The notes under the pieces are model-generated. The model searched no databases and was not told the origin of the DNA. It saw nothing but the letters and a program-made list of their open reading frames with translations. DNA of 43,726 nt, taken from the IMG/VR virus record IMGVR_UViG_3300035685_000105, positions 1 to 43,726 of that record. One strand, written 5' to 3'. The stretch comes from a virus (Duplodnaviria > Caudoviricetes). Both the position numbers and the translations under genes were made by a program. Positions 25,071 to 34,720 of this stretch are shown one piece after another (positions within the stretch are counted from its first letter, which is position 1; each line of letters starts with the position of its first letter).

Positions 25071-26912
25071 TTAAATCCCTGCTTCGCTCTTGAGGGGCCG
25101 GATGACCCCACCTGATAGCGGCTGCGGGTGCGCGTGCAGCATCAACTGCTGCCGCGCGAGTTCCAGCACCACGTCATCATTCGTGCGCGGCCAGCGGTCA
25201 CTCGACGCGAACTTGAGGCCGGTGGGCGAGATGCCGCGCGCGTCCCACCCCTCCCGCACCTCAAGGATGTAGAGCGGCTGCCCGGCGGCGTAGGTATCCA
25301 CGTCAACCAGGACGCAGACGACCTCATTGCCCGCCTCGTCCCACTCCTCGCGCGTCGCCCGGAAGACGGCGTGGAGCGTGCTGCCGGGGTCGAGCGCCTT
25401 GCCGAGTGGCACCTTCACCACGTCGGCGTCGTAGACCACGAACTCCTGCTTCACCTGCTCCATGTACGCCACCGTCGCCCAGGCCAGCTGCGTGGCGGCG
25501 GAGGCATCGGCGGCGGCGGTGGCGTCTACCCCCGCGACCTCCTTGAAGTGCTTCTGCCGCTCCTTGCGCCCGAACTGCGCCTCCGTGGCCCCGCGCGTGA
25601 TCCAGTTGTTCTCCCGGTCCACCACGTAGCCGCCGGGCAGCGCCTCGATCTCCGCCTTGACCGAGTCGGGCAACTGCGCGAGCGTGATGCGCGCGTCGCC
25701 CTGGCCCGCGCCGAAGGGCTGGACCCGCGACCAGATCTCGTAGCTCTCCGAGTCAATCGTCGCGTTGCGGATGAGCACCACGTCGTCGTTCGCCGCCACG
25801 GCCTCCGGGTCGTCTGGGGCGCGAATGGCTCGCAGCCCCGTCGAGGGGGCGCTCGCCATCGGACCCAGCCACTGGAGGAGCTTCTCGCCGCCCGCGCCGA
25901 TGGCCCCCCGGAAGTGCTCGCCGTGCAGGTTCCCGATCTGTCCGAACGCGCCCAGCGGCGTATCGTCCATCACCGCGAGGTAGGTGCCGCGCTGCGTCGC
26001 CTGCTGGTAGGCCGGGTCGGGATCGAGGCTCCAGTTCAGGTCGGCGACGTGGTCGTGATCCAGAATCGCCTGGAGGTCCGCCGCCTTCGCCTTCCGCACC
26101 TTGGTGCTGATGGCGCTGATGTCCACCGGGTTCAGGATGACCGACGGCACGAAGAGGCGGTGCCAGAAGAGCGTCTCCCCCTCCGCCCCGATCTGCCGCC
26201 ACACCGCAGGCATCTCCCACCCGACGGTGCCGTTCTGTCCGAAGGGCGCGCCGCCGCCGGAAGTGCCGTCCGTTACCGCCTGGAAGTTGCGCCACTCCTG
26301 GCTTTCCGACTCGCCCTCATAGTAGTCCACGTACGTCGTGCCCGGCACCGAGTTGAGCTGCGTGCCGAGGGCGACTTGGTCGGCCAGGGCAGGCCACTCC
26401 GTACCGACGTAGAGGTAATCCGGCCACGCCACCGAGTCCATTGTCAGCGTGGCGAAGGTGGCGGGGTTGCCGTCCGTCACCACGCTCGTGATATCGGTCG
26501 CCGAGTAGACCCCGTCCCCCGCCGCGTCGCGGATGACCAGCACCCGCTTCGGCGCTTCCCACACCTCGTCACAGAGGTCCAGGCGGGGAATCACCCGCTC
26601 CGCCAGCTCCGCCATCTGGTCCAGCCCCTCGACCTCCAGCACCTCCGCCCCGCGCCCCACGCGAACGCGCCGACCCTTGATGATGCCCGCGCCCAGCTCC
26701 ACGCTACCGCCGTCCAGGTAGCCGCGCGCCCGTACCCGCGCCTCGTGCTGGAGGTGCTGCGCCGCCGCGTCGCCCGCCGGAAGCTCGAACGAAAACTCAC
26801 CCGCCTGATCGACGCGGCGCGTGCGGCTGCCGCGCGTGGCTGTGGTGATTGGCCCGCTCGTGTTGAGCCGCGCCCCCGTCTGGGGGTGGAAGGCGTCTAG
26901 CTCGACCCTCAT
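25071..26912 (-). CDS. tail tip/baseplate hub (Tal-like) protein
   Basis: Follows the Dit-like gene; VDQAGEFSFELP and SRVQPFGAG motifs typical of siphovirus tail-tip proteins. Confidence 0.65.
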   Translation of the reverse strand: MRVELDAFHPQTGARLNTSGPITTATRGSRTRRVDQAGEFSFELPAGDAAAQHLQHEARVRARGYLDGGSVELGAGIIKGRRVRVGRGAEVLEVEGLDQMAELAERVIPRLDLCDEVWEAPKRVLVIRDAAGDGVYSATDITSVVTDGNPATFATLTMDSVAWPDYLYVGTEWPALADQVALGTQLNSVPGTTYVDYYEGESESQEWRNFQAVTDGTSGGGAPFGQNGTVGWEMPAVWRQIGAEGETLFWHRLFVPSVILNPVDISAISTKVRKAKAADLQAILDHDHVADLNWSLDPDPAYQQATQRGTYLAVMDDTPLGAFGQIGNLHGEHFRGAIGAGGEKLLQWLGPMASAPSTGLRAIRAPDDPEAVAANDDVVLIRNATIDSESYEIWSRVQPFGAGQGDARITLAQLPDSVKAEIEALPGGYVVDRENNWITRGATEAQFGRKERQKHFKEVAGVDATAAADASAATQLAWATVAYMEQVKQEFVVYDADVVKVPLGKALDPGSTLHAVFRATREEWDEAGNEVVCVLVDVDTYAAGQPLYILEVREGWDARGISPTGLKFASSDRWPRTNDDVVLELARQQLMLHAHPQPLSGGVIRPLKSEAGI

Positions 26913-27754
26913 GGCTGCACCGGGTAGAAGCGAATCGCGAACGTGTCGCTGGCGGGGGCCGTCGAGGTGACGGCGAGCGTCAGGCTGTTGGAGCCGCCCG
27001 CGATCTCAAACCAGTTGGCTTTGTTCGCGGGGCGGATGAAGTTCGCGTCGTAGGCGTCCGCGCCATCCTTCTTCACCGAGGAGGCTCCGCAGTGAACCTC
27101 CAGCGCCTCGCCCGGGTTCAGGATACCGCTCCAGCTGAGGACGTGGCCCGTCGTGTGGTTGGTCAGCGTCCAGGCGGAGATGACCCCCGTGCCCGCCGTG
27201 AGGGTGATGACGGGCGTCGTCGAGGGCAGCAGCCCCTCGTTCGTCACGCCGACATCCATCGGTCCCCCCGCGTCGCCCTCAACGAAGAGCGTGAGCATGT
27301 CATCCGCGCCCGTGTCAGCCAGGCCAGTCGTCTCGACTTCAACCTCTTCCGCCCCGTACCAGTAGCCCGGTGCCTGCGGCTCGAAGGTCATTGTCACCAC
27401 CATGTAGCCGATGTGGCGCGGAGACTCGTCAATCTTCACCGAACCGACCCGCACCCACAGCCACTCCTCCGCGCCCGTCGCCAGCGCCGTGCGGTAGAGT
27501 TTCGCGCGCGAACCCTGGAGCGCGGCCAGGCTGCGGTAGGCTGCCAGGAGCGCCTCCGCGTCGGCGCTCACCTCTTCAGCGCGCAGGGTGATGGGCGCGA
27601 GGTCGCGCGCCGCGCGTCCGTTTCCCAGCGCGTCATACCCGCCGCCGCCCGCCAGCCGCAGGTCGGCGAGCAGGCTGCCGCCCGTGCCCGTCTCGGTGGC
27701 GACCTCGTAGGCGGGCAGGGCGACGCTGTTCACGCGCGAGTAGTAGTAGATCAT
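26909..27754 (-). CDS. distal tail (Dit-like) protein
   Basis: Directly after the tape measure gene (ATGA overlap); VTNEG..TPVITL..FEIAGGSNSL pattern. Confidence 0.7.
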   Translation of the reverse strand: MIYYYSRVNSVALPAYEVATETGTGGSLLADLRLAGGGGYDALGNGRAARDLAPITLRAEEVSADAEALLAAYRSLAALQGSRAKLYRTALATGAEEWLWVRVGSVKIDESPRHIGYMVVTMTFEPQAPGYWYGAEEVEVETTGLADTGADDMLTLFVEGDAGGPMDVGVTNEGLLPSTTPVITLTAGTGVISAWTLTNHTTGHVLSWSGILNPGEALEVHCGASSVKKDGADAYDANFIRPANKANWFEIAGGSNSLTLAVTSTAPASDTFAIRFYPVQP

Positions 27755-30700
27755 CCGGCTACCCACCCCTTTTGCAGGCCGCGCTGGTTCACACCCGCGC
27801 CGACGAGGCGAATCACCCGCTCCTGCGTCTCGCCGCGCTCGACGAGGTTCACCAACTTCTGCTGGAGCGCGGTCATCTCTTTCAGAAGTGCCTTGACCTC
27901 GCTCACGTCTGCCTCCGCCTCCGCGCTCCCGCCCACCTCGCCGGGGAAGGCCGTGTAGCCCGAAATCGCCTCGCGGTTGGCGTAAGTCGGGCGCGGCGGC
28001 TCCAGGTACTGCGGGAAGGGCGTGTAGCCGGGAATCTCGTCGCGGTCGTAGTGTGGGCCTGCATAGCCAAACTCGCCAGGCCCAGGGGCGCGGCTGCCGG
28101 GCGTGGCCCCGTAGGGCCAGGGCATAATGCCACTGGCGTTTGCGGGCCAGACAACGGCGGGGCCGTTGACGAACTGCCCTAGCTCCTCCGAGGTCTGCAC
28201 GGTGATGAACTCAACCATGCTGCCTATCATGTGCTGGAGCGTGGTCCGCAATCCGGCCTGTCCGTCTCGAATGGAAGCCGCAAGGTTGTCCACGAAGGCG
28301 GTACCCGACGCTGCCCCCGCCTCTCCTATGTGGTGCTCGAACGTTATGTAACCAGAAACGCCCTCACCAGAGGGCCACAAAGCTGACGGCGGAATTGACG
28401 GCCCGTATGGGTCGTCGGGGTTCCACCGCGTACCTTTGTGGCCAACGTTCATGCCACTACCACGCCGATAGCCCGCGCCTTTGCCGCCGTCAACAAGCGA
28501 ACGGCGCAGGGGGTCGTCCGGGCCGAACATGTCTCCGAAACCAGAGGTTTGTACTGCGGTAATGACCATCTCCCGCAGGTGGTCGGCGAAGGGAGCGACC
28601 CGTTCGCGGATGCTCTGGATCATCCCGGCCATGAAAGCGTCGCCCGCCGTCTCGCCATCCTCATGGATGCCGCCGAAGTAGACGATGCCGGGAATGCCGC
28701 TGGCGGTGGCGCGTGACGCCTGAGTCTCCGAGGCATTCAGGATTCGCCCACCTACGTCGGGCACGAACATCTCTGGGCCTCGTTCACCTATCAAGTACGT
28801 GAGTCCTGCTATAACGGGGCCTCCGAGGGCACGCTCTCCATCCGGCTTCTGCGCGGGCTGGCCCGCCGCCCGACCACCGCCAGAGCCACCACCAAAACTG
28901 CCCCCGCTACTCGTGTTCGGGTCGTTGTAGACAGGTGTGATCGGCGTACCGTTGACGGTGTTCGCCAGGCTCTGCCATGCCCCCCGGATGTCCTCAATTG
29001 CGCCCTCGATGGAGCGCAGCACGCCGCCCAGCGTATTGTCGTACAGGTTCTTGACGGTGCTCCCGACGCCTTCCCAGCCTGGACCCCAGGAACTCGTCAA
29101 CGTATCCAGTGAGCCGGGGAGGTCAGTGTCCAGCATCGGGAGAATCAGGCCGATGGCTGTGCCAATCCGCCCCTGAGATAGCTCGACGGCCACCGCCATA
29201 AGCGGCGCGTTCTCCTCGAACTTGGTCTTCGCAGTGGAGATGGCTCCCGGCAGCGTGACCTCGAAGAAGTCGTCCACAGTGCCGCCCGCCAGCGTCTCCG
29301 CCTGTGCATTGAGCCAGGTGGCGAGCGCGGTACTAGCGCCGTTCAGCGCGCTAGTAAGAGCCTTTTCGACCTCCGGCCCCTTCTTGTTCAGCCAGACCGT
29401 CAGGGGGAAGTCCTCTTCTGTAGCATCGGTCAGGGCTTGGGCCAGGTCGTCACTGAGCCCCTGTATGACGGGGGCCCACTCCACATCCTCCAGCGGCGTG
29501 CCGCCGAAGAGGAAATGGCTCCAGTCGAACTCTCCGTCCTCGTCGATCGTCGTCTGGCTCAGTTCAGTGGCGACGTGCGAGGCGAAGGCAGCGGCGACCT
29601 TGTTGGCCCCTTCCTCCAGCTCCTCGCCGATGGCTTGGTCCAAGTTGGCGAGCGCCGTCCCCAAGCTCTCTAGACCTGGCCCTGCGTCGGGCTTGAACTC
29701 ATCATTGAACCAGTTCGTGAAGGTATTGCCCGACTTCTGTGCCGGCTCAATAAAGAGCGCCGCAAAGTTCTCGTTCCAATTGGGCGCACTCGTGGCAATG
29801 CCGGAGATAGAGGTCGCCAGCCCCTGCGTCAGCGCGCCCACAACCTCCCCGGCATGTTCGCTTACGTAGGTTTTTGCCTCCTCGATGAGCGGTCCGAACG
29901 CCGCTTCAGCCGCGGTTTTCGGGTCCACTCCGTTGGAGACCATGAAGACGAAGGTGCCGCCCCGCTCCTTGATCTTGTCCAGTTCGCTGACGAGGTGGCT
30001 CACCCCGTTGATGATGGGGTTCAGCTTCTCCATCGTGTCAGGTGGCACGAGGGTTGAGAGCACCGTCTTCAGCGCGCTATCGGCGGGTATGTCGTTGTCA
30101 ATGAGGAACGTGAAGGCATCAATCGCTCGATTGACATCCCCCATCTGCGTGAACAGATCGCCGACGGCAACGTGCAGTGGATGGATCTTGCCGGGGGCCG
30201 ATTCCCAATCGCCGTTGAACGCCTGCCCTGCCGTTACCACGCCATCGCGCAGGAGGGAGAAGAAGCCCACGATGTCGTCGCCGTTGGCGTCCAGCACGCC
30301 CGCCAGCCCGTCCACGCCCTCCTTAACCAGTGGCAGGAACTCGTCACCCACGCGGATCTTCAGCGTCTCGACGATGCCGCCCAGGACCTCCATCGAGCCG
30401 CGCAGGTTGTCCATGCGCGTTGCGGCGGCCTCGGTGGCGTCCGTCTGCGCCATCGTCGCCTGGAGTTCGCGGAACTGCTCCTCCGTCATCTCCGCCAGAC
30501 CGAGCGCCGCGCGCATGGCGTCCGTACCGAAGGCTTTGGAGACGAGTGAGGTTCGGTCCTCCTCGCTAAGGGCGGATATAGAGTCGTGGAGGATGCCCAC
30601 CACTTCGTCCATATCCTTGAGTTGGCCCTCGGCGTCATAGAACGCACTATGGACGAGACCGACGCTCTCAGACCACTTGTTGAACTCCTCGACCTGCTCC

Positions 30701-31632
30701 TCAGTGCCGCGGGTCAGCCCCGTCATCTCGGCATGAAAATCGGCGAGTTGGCCCCATAGCTCGCCGAGGTTGCCGTTGACAGGCTTGATTCCACGCGACG
30801 TGAGCAGCTCCATCGCCCGCGTCGCGTCGTAGGTCATCAGACCCATCTGCGCCATTGCCTCCGCCGCAGGGCCGGAGGTGGGTACGAGGCGCTGGAGCAT
30901 CGTCTTAAAGCTCGTGCCCGCGTCGCTGCCGGAGGCGAACGAAGGTGCGATAGCCGCGATGGCCGCGTTGAAGTCATCGAACTCCACGCCCGCCCCTGCG
31001 GCCACGCCGCCCGCCTGCGCTATCGCCAGGCGATAATCGTCAATCGTGAACTTCGACGCCTGCACGACGGAGGTGACGCCGTCCACCGCCCCCTGCATCT
31101 CGGAGGCTTCGATGTTGAAGAGCGACATCACGTCGGAGGCGATGTTCGCCGCCCCCGCGAAGGTGCCCCCGGTCGCATTGGCGAGCAGCACCGCGCCACG
31201 CGCAGCACCCGTCATCACCGCCTCCATCGGCACGCCGTTGAGCACCAGCGCGTCTATCGCCTGCGCTGCCTCGGTCGCCGAGACCTTCAGCTTGGGGTCA
31301 ATGCCCAGGTCCAGCGTTAGCTGCTTCAGCCGCCCGATTTCGTCGCTAGAGAGGCCCGCCGCCGCCGCCGTCGAGGCCAGTTGCGACTCCAGATTGGCAG
31401 CGCCGGAGACCGCGCTCACCATGCCGCGCCCCAGCGCGTCCACGCCGCGCGTCAGCATCGTGCCAAGGAAGGTGCCCACCGCCGTCTGCACGACGCCGCC
31501 CAAGCTGGTGATGGTGCGGATAGGCGTGGCCGCCGCCTGATCGAGGCTGTGCAACGAGCGCACGACGGCCCCGATGGGGCCGCTGGCCTGGTCCTTCCCT
31601 ATAATGGCGATTGCGACATTCAAGTCGGCGAT
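27751..31632 (-). CDS. tail tape measure protein (TP901-type core)
   Basis: About 1290 aa, Ala/Gly-rich helical; SGSDAGTSFKTML, AATRMDNLRG, RALGGPV..GERGPE; start is TTG 31623 or ATC 31632. Confidence 0.93.
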   Translation of the reverse strand: MADLNVAIAIIGKDQASGPIGAVVRSLHSLDQAAATPIRTITSLGGVVQTAVGTFLGTMLTRGVDALGRGMVSAVSGAANLESQLASTAAAAGLSSDEIGRLKQLTLDLGIDPKLKVSATEAAQAIDALVLNGVPMEAVMTGAARGAVLLANATGGTFAGAANIASDVMSLFNIEASEMQGAVDGVTSVVQASKFTIDDYRLAIAQAGGVAAGAGVEFDDFNAAIAAIAPSFASGSDAGTSFKTMLQRLVPTSGPAAEAMAQMGLMTYDATRAMELLTSRGIKPVNGNLGELWGQLADFHAEMTGLTRGTEEQVEEFNKWSESVGLVHSAFYDAEGQLKDMDEVVGILHDSISALSEEDRTSLVSKAFGTDAMRAALGLAEMTEEQFRELQATMAQTDATEAAATRMDNLRGSMEVLGGIVETLKIRVGDEFLPLVKEGVDGLAGVLDANGDDIVGFFSLLRDGVVTAGQAFNGDWESAPGKIHPLHVAVGDLFTQMGDVNRAIDAFTFLIDNDIPADSALKTVLSTLVPPDTMEKLNPIINGVSHLVSELDKIKERGGTFVFMVSNGVDPKTAAEAAFGPLIEEAKTYVSEHAGEVVGALTQGLATSISGIATSAPNWNENFAALFIEPAQKSGNTFTNWFNDEFKPDAGPGLESLGTALANLDQAIGEELEEGANKVAAAFASHVATELSQTTIDEDGEFDWSHFLFGGTPLEDVEWAPVIQGLSDDLAQALTDATEEDFPLTVWLNKKGPEVEKALTSALNGASTALATWLNAQAETLAGGTVDDFFEVTLPGAISTAKTKFEENAPLMAVAVELSQGRIGTAIGLILPMLDTDLPGSLDTLTSSWGPGWEGVGSTVKNLYDNTLGGVLRSIEGAIEDIRGAWQSLANTVNGTPITPVYNDPNTSSGGSFGGGSGGGRAAGQPAQKPDGERALGGPVIAGLTYLIGERGPEMFVPDVGGRILNASETQASRATASGIPGIVYFGGIHEDGETAGDAFMAGMIQSIRERVAPFADHLREMVITAVQTSGFGDMFGPDDPLRRSLVDGGKGAGYRRGSGMNVGHKGTRWNPDDPYGPSIPPSALWPSGEGVSGYITFEHHIGEAGAASGTAFVDNLAASIRDGQAGLRTTLQHMIGSMVEFITVQTSEELGQFVNGPAVVWPANASGIMPWPYGATPGSRAPGPGEFGYAGPHYDRDEIPGYTPFPQYLEPPRPTYANREAISGYTAFPGEVGGSAEAEADVSEVKALLKEMTALQQKLVNLVERGETQERVIRLVGAGVNQRGLQKGWVAG

Positions 31633-31650
31633 GATGCACCTGCCACAAAC

Positions 31651-31692
31651 AAAAAGACGTGGGGACTCATTCGCGAATGAGTCCCCACGTCT
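31651..31692 (-). terminator. intra-operon terminator upstream of the tape measure gene
   Basis: 38-bp perfect palindrome AGACGTGGGGACTCATTCGCGAATGAGTCCCCACGTCT (31655-31692), then a T-run on the minus strand. Confidence 0.7.
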
Positions 31693-31731
31693 CGCGGGTC
31701 GTGATTCGTAACAGGGTTGGGCGAGTTGCCG

Positions 31732-31875
31732 CTAGCGGCGCGTGGCCCGGCTCTTCGGCGGGGGGCTGCCCCGCTCCGTTAGTTCCTTCTCGACGCGGCC
31801 CACCTCCGCCAGCAGGTCGCGCCGCAGCTTCAACAGCGCCTCCAGGCTCAACTCGGCAAGAGGCTTGTCGGCCAT
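31732..31875 (-). CDS. 47-aa small protein
   Basis: MADKPLAELSLEALLKLRRDLLAEVGRVEKELTERG...; starts 1 nt after the gpT-like stop. Confidence 0.5.
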   Translation of the reverse strand: MADKPLAELSLEALLKLRRDLLAEVGRVEKELTERGSPPPKSRATRR

Positions 31876-31876
31876 G

Positions 31877-32110
31877 TCACCGCCTGCCTCTCTTCTTCGG
31901 GGCGCACTCGGCCTCCAGGTTGCTCAACTGGATTTCGAGATTGACTTCATCCTGCGGGGCCTCGTCCACCTCCCAGGGCATGCAGCCCCAGGCGCGCGCT
32001 ATCAGCCGCCGCGTGTGCTCCCAGGGCACGGTCAGCCCGTCTTTATTCGTGGCCCGCAGGTACAGCCTTAGCGCCGCTTCGTCTGCCTCTGAGAGGCGGC
32101 CAGCTTTCCC
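31877..32110 (-). CDS. tail assembly chaperone frameshift extension (gpT-like part of gpGT)
   Basis: -1 frame after the slippery site gives GKAGRLSEADE...WGCMPWEVDE. Confidence 0.78.
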   Translation of the reverse strand, partial: GKAGRLSEADEAALRLYLRATNKDGLTVPWEHTRRLIARAWGCMPWEVDEAPQDEVNLEIQLSNLEAECAPKKRGRR

Positions 32111-32415
32111 ATTTCGACCTGAACTTGCGCGATAACGCACGCCGCGAGTTCGTTGGGGATCTGCTCCCAGAAGGCGAGCTCCGTCGCGGGTGGGTAGGGC
32201 TGCCCGTCGAAGTCGCGCCAACCGTTGTGCTCCAGCACGATCTTCTGGAGCGCCTCCGAGTCCCCGCGTGTGAGGACGCTCACGAACAAGTGATTGGGCG
32301 CGTTGACCCACATGCGGAACTCGAAGCCCTCGTATTCATCCGGCAGCGGCACCCACTTCTCGCGGCGCTGCACCTGCGGCCCCGTGGGGACCGCTACCTG
32401 ATCACTGTCTTTCAT
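32068..32415 (-). CDS. tail assembly chaperone (gpG-like)
   Basis: Between the major tail and tape measure genes; GGAG RBS; slippery site near the 3' end. Confidence 0.82.
   Translation of the reverse strand: MKDSDQVAVPTGPQVQRREKWVPLPDEYEGFEFRMWVNAPNHLFVSVLTRGDSEALQKIVLEHNGWRDFDGQPYPPATELAFWEQIPNELAACVIAQVQVEMGKLAASQRQTKRR
32104..32110 (-). other. programmed -1 ribosomal frameshift site GGGAAAG
   Basis: ATG GGA AAG (M-G-K); same heptamer as the lambda G/GT site. Confidence 0.85.
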
Positions 32416-32423
32416 GTCGCTCC

Positions 32424-33407
32424 TTAGAAGGCGCTGGACCGCGCGTTCTGCGCCCGGATCTGAAGCCCATAGGCATTTGTCGGGTCGTAGACGTATTGCA
32501 GCCGCAGCTCGTAGGCACGGGTTTTCTCGTCGGTCTGGCCGAGGTCAACGGCCTCCCACGCGCCGGGAATGTCAATCGTGACGAACGCCTTGTCCGAGCC
32601 GTCAATCACCTTGTTCTGGCCGAACTCCAGCCCCAGCAGGCGCTGCGTCACGCCGTTCCAGTTGGCGAACTCCGTGGCCGCGAGCGCCGCCGACGCCTCG
32701 ATGAGCAGCGTCGCCTTGATCTCGATCTGGTCAATCGTGATGGCGTCCGGGCTGAGGGCGTTGTCGGCGTGGTACTTGCGCGCCAGGCCGTTCGTCACCT
32801 CGATGTCCCAGTTGATGAGCGCCCCACTCTTGGCCGTCGTGCGCGCCGTGCCGCCGAAGGCATCGAGGTAAAACTTCGTCTCCCAACCCTCGATGAAGTC
32901 CGGCTGGCGGTCGGGCAGCGCCGCCGTCATCGCGCCCGGCTCCATCGTCAGGCCGAACACGTCGCACGTCACCACCGTCTCCTCGCGCACATTGCCGGAG
33001 ATGCGGAGCTTGTCCCCGTAGACGCCGCCCACCTGCCACGCCCGCGCGCCGTCGTACCACTCGGCAGTCGCCGCCTCCAGCGTTTCGCCGGGCGTGAAGA
33101 CCCACAGCTTGGCCGCGCCCGCGCCCGTCGGCGTGACGCCAGCGCGAATGGTCATGAGCAAGAGCTCGATGATCTCGCTCGCCGAGAGCGCCTGCACCAG
33201 CGTCCCGCTCACCTGCGTCGGCCCCAGCGTCACCGCCCCCACGTTCTGCCGCCCCCCGGTCGCGTGGCGATGCACGCGCGGCGCGCGCTCGCGGCTGAAG
33301 CGCGAACCGTCCGTGCGGAAGTACATCTTGCGCGTGGCGGCGACGGGGCTGTTCGCGCTCACCTGCTTGCCGAACTGGATATAACTGCGCCATAGCTCTC
33401 CGGCCAT
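32424..33407 (-). CDS. major tail tube protein
   Basis: 327 aa, beta-rich; canonical position before the chaperones. Confidence 0.8.
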   Translation of the reverse strand: MAGELWRSYIQFGKQVSANSPVAATRKMYFRTDGSRFSRERAPRVHRHATGGRQNVGAVTLGPTQVSGTLVQALSASEIIELLLMTIRAGVTPTGAGAAKLWVFTPGETLEAATAEWYDGARAWQVGGVYGDKLRISGNVREETVVTCDVFGLTMEPGAMTAALPDRQPDFIEGWETKFYLDAFGGTARTTAKSGALINWDIEVTNGLARKYHADNALSPDAITIDQIEIKATLLIEASAALAATEFANWNGVTQRLLGLEFGQNKVIDGSDKAFVTIDIPGAWEAVDLGQTDEKTRAYELRLQYVYDPTNAYGLQIRAQNARSSAF

Positions 33408-33586
33408 TACACCTTCTCCTTCTTCGTCCTGGCCGGGCGAACCCGCACCAGCTTGTACAGCGGACTCTTCTCGACGACCGCCCGCTGCTCCTCCGAGAGG
33501 GCTGCGACCTCCTCGGTGCTCAGGCTGCGCGCCGGAATGCCGTTGTGAAACTCTCTTCCGTCGCCCGTGTACTCTGCTCGCATCAT
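33407..33586 (-). CDS. small protein (59 aa) before the major tail gene
   Basis: MMRAEYTGDGREFHNGIPARSLSTEE...; coupled by ATGA and TAATG overlaps. Confidence 0.7.
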   Translation of the reverse strand: MMRAEYTGDGREFHNGIPARSLSTEEVAALSEEQRAVVEKSPLYKLVRVRPARTKKEKV

Positions 33587-34020
33587 GGGTTCACCGTGTA
33601 GCTTCCTGTCTGCTTCGCCTTGACGACGATGGGGTATTCGCGGTACTCCTTGCCCGTTCGCAGCTGGTACTCTGGCTCGTCGGCGAGCCCGGTATCCACC
33701 TCCAGGTCCAGGCAGGTGCCGCCCAGCGTGAGGTCGGCGTAGAGCGCGGCCTGGAAACCGTCCACGAGGGCCATCAGGGCCTCCTCTGCCGCCGCCTCGC
33801 CTCCCTTCTCCACGCGGTACGCAAAATTCACAAAGTAATGAGGCCAGCGCTCGACCGAACCCGCGTGCTTGCGCGTCTGCGGCTGGCTGCCCATCGTCAC
33901 GTAGGCGGAGACCCGCGTCGGCACGTCCACCGGCGCGCCCTTCTGCACGGTGCCGATACCTGTCAGCCCCTCAAGCATCGCTACCAGCTGGTTCGCCACC
34001 GCCAGCGTGTTAAAGCTCAT
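33583..34020 (-). CDS. tail terminator/completion protein
   Basis: Size and position; ALYADLTLGG motif. Confidence 0.65.
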   Translation of the reverse strand: MSFNTLAVANQLVAMLEGLTGIGTVQKGAPVDVPTRVSAYVTMGSQPQTRKHAGSVERWPHYFVNFAYRVEKGGEAAAEEALMALVDGFQAALYADLTLGGTCLDLEVDTGLADEPEYQLRTGKEYREYPIVVKAKQTGSYTVNP

Positions 34021-34391
34021 CGCTGCCTCACCTCATAGATCACCGAGCGCCGCAGCCGCCCCTTCAGGCGTGGTGCGCGCCGCCTGGAGGCCCGCCGGGC
34101 CCACAGCGCCAGCCGCTTCAGCACCCACGGGCCGGGCGCGCGCACCTTGTTCAGTCCCTCGGCGATGTCGCGCTGGCCGTCGCTCAACACCTCATCCACG
34201 CCGCCGCGCAGGTACGCCGCTCCGCCTGCCGCGCGGGCCAGCTTGCCACTGACGCGGTGCCGCCCGTACTCCTGGCCGTAGGCATAGGGCATCCTTGAGC
34301 CGACGCGGGCCTGCTGCCCGTTCATCCGCCGCGACCCGGCCTGGATGCGCCGGGTCGCCTTCTCGGCGTCCTCCAGCCCATTCAGGCTCAT
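34017..34391 (-). CDS. HK97 gp10-like neck protein
   Basis: Basic; VGSRMPYAYGQEYG and APRLKGRLRRSV motifs. Confidence 0.65.
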   Translation of the reverse strand: MSLNGLEDAEKATRRIQAGSRRMNGQQARVGSRMPYAYGQEYGRHRVSGKLARAAGGAAYLRGGVDEVLSDGQRDIAEGLNKVRAPGPWVLKRLALWARRASRRRAPRLKGRLRRSVIYEVRQR

Positions 34392-34393
34392 CT

Positions 34394-34720
34394 TCACGCG
34401 TCGGCCCTCGTCACTTCGCAACGCTGGTAGGCCACCGCGCCGCCGATGCCGCGCGCGACGACCAGCGTCCCCGCCTGCACATTCCAGCGCGCCCCATCCA
34501 CCGCCACCTGCGCCTCCTCCGGCATCGTGTAGCCCGGCCCCCAGAGGAGCCGCCTGCGCCCGCTCAGGTCGGCACGCTCCGGGTTTGCGGCCTCCGCAGC
34601 ACCGGAGATGCCGCCCACGAGCGCCAGGCGGCAGGGACGCGCCTCACCGTCAGTCTGGTCATACGCGCCCGTCGTCTCGTTCGGCGTGTAGACCGTCATC
34701 TGCTGCGCGAGGCCAATCAT
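34394..34720 (-). CDS. head closure/stopper protein
   Basis: Position after the adaptor; 108 aa, beta-rich. Confidence 0.6.
   Translation of the reverse strand: MIGLAQQMTVYTPNETTGAYDQTDGEARPCRLALVGGISGAAEAANPERADLSGRRRLLWGPGYTMPEEAQVAVDGARWNVQAGTLVVARGIGGAVAYQRCEVTRADA

Noticed and set aside
25128-26900. 590-aa plus-strand ORF, and similar long antisense ORFs (694-1668, 10738-11883, 21082-22095, 32496-33395, 40333-41463)
   Set aside because: Shadow ORFs opposite well-supported genes in high-GC DNA; no motifs, Arg/Ala/Gly-biased composition
23084-26912. Diversity-generating retroelement or tail-fibre shufflon driven by the tyrosine recombinase
   Set aside because: No reverse transcriptase, no TR/VR pair and no inverted tail-fibre cassettes or repeated crossover sites were seen
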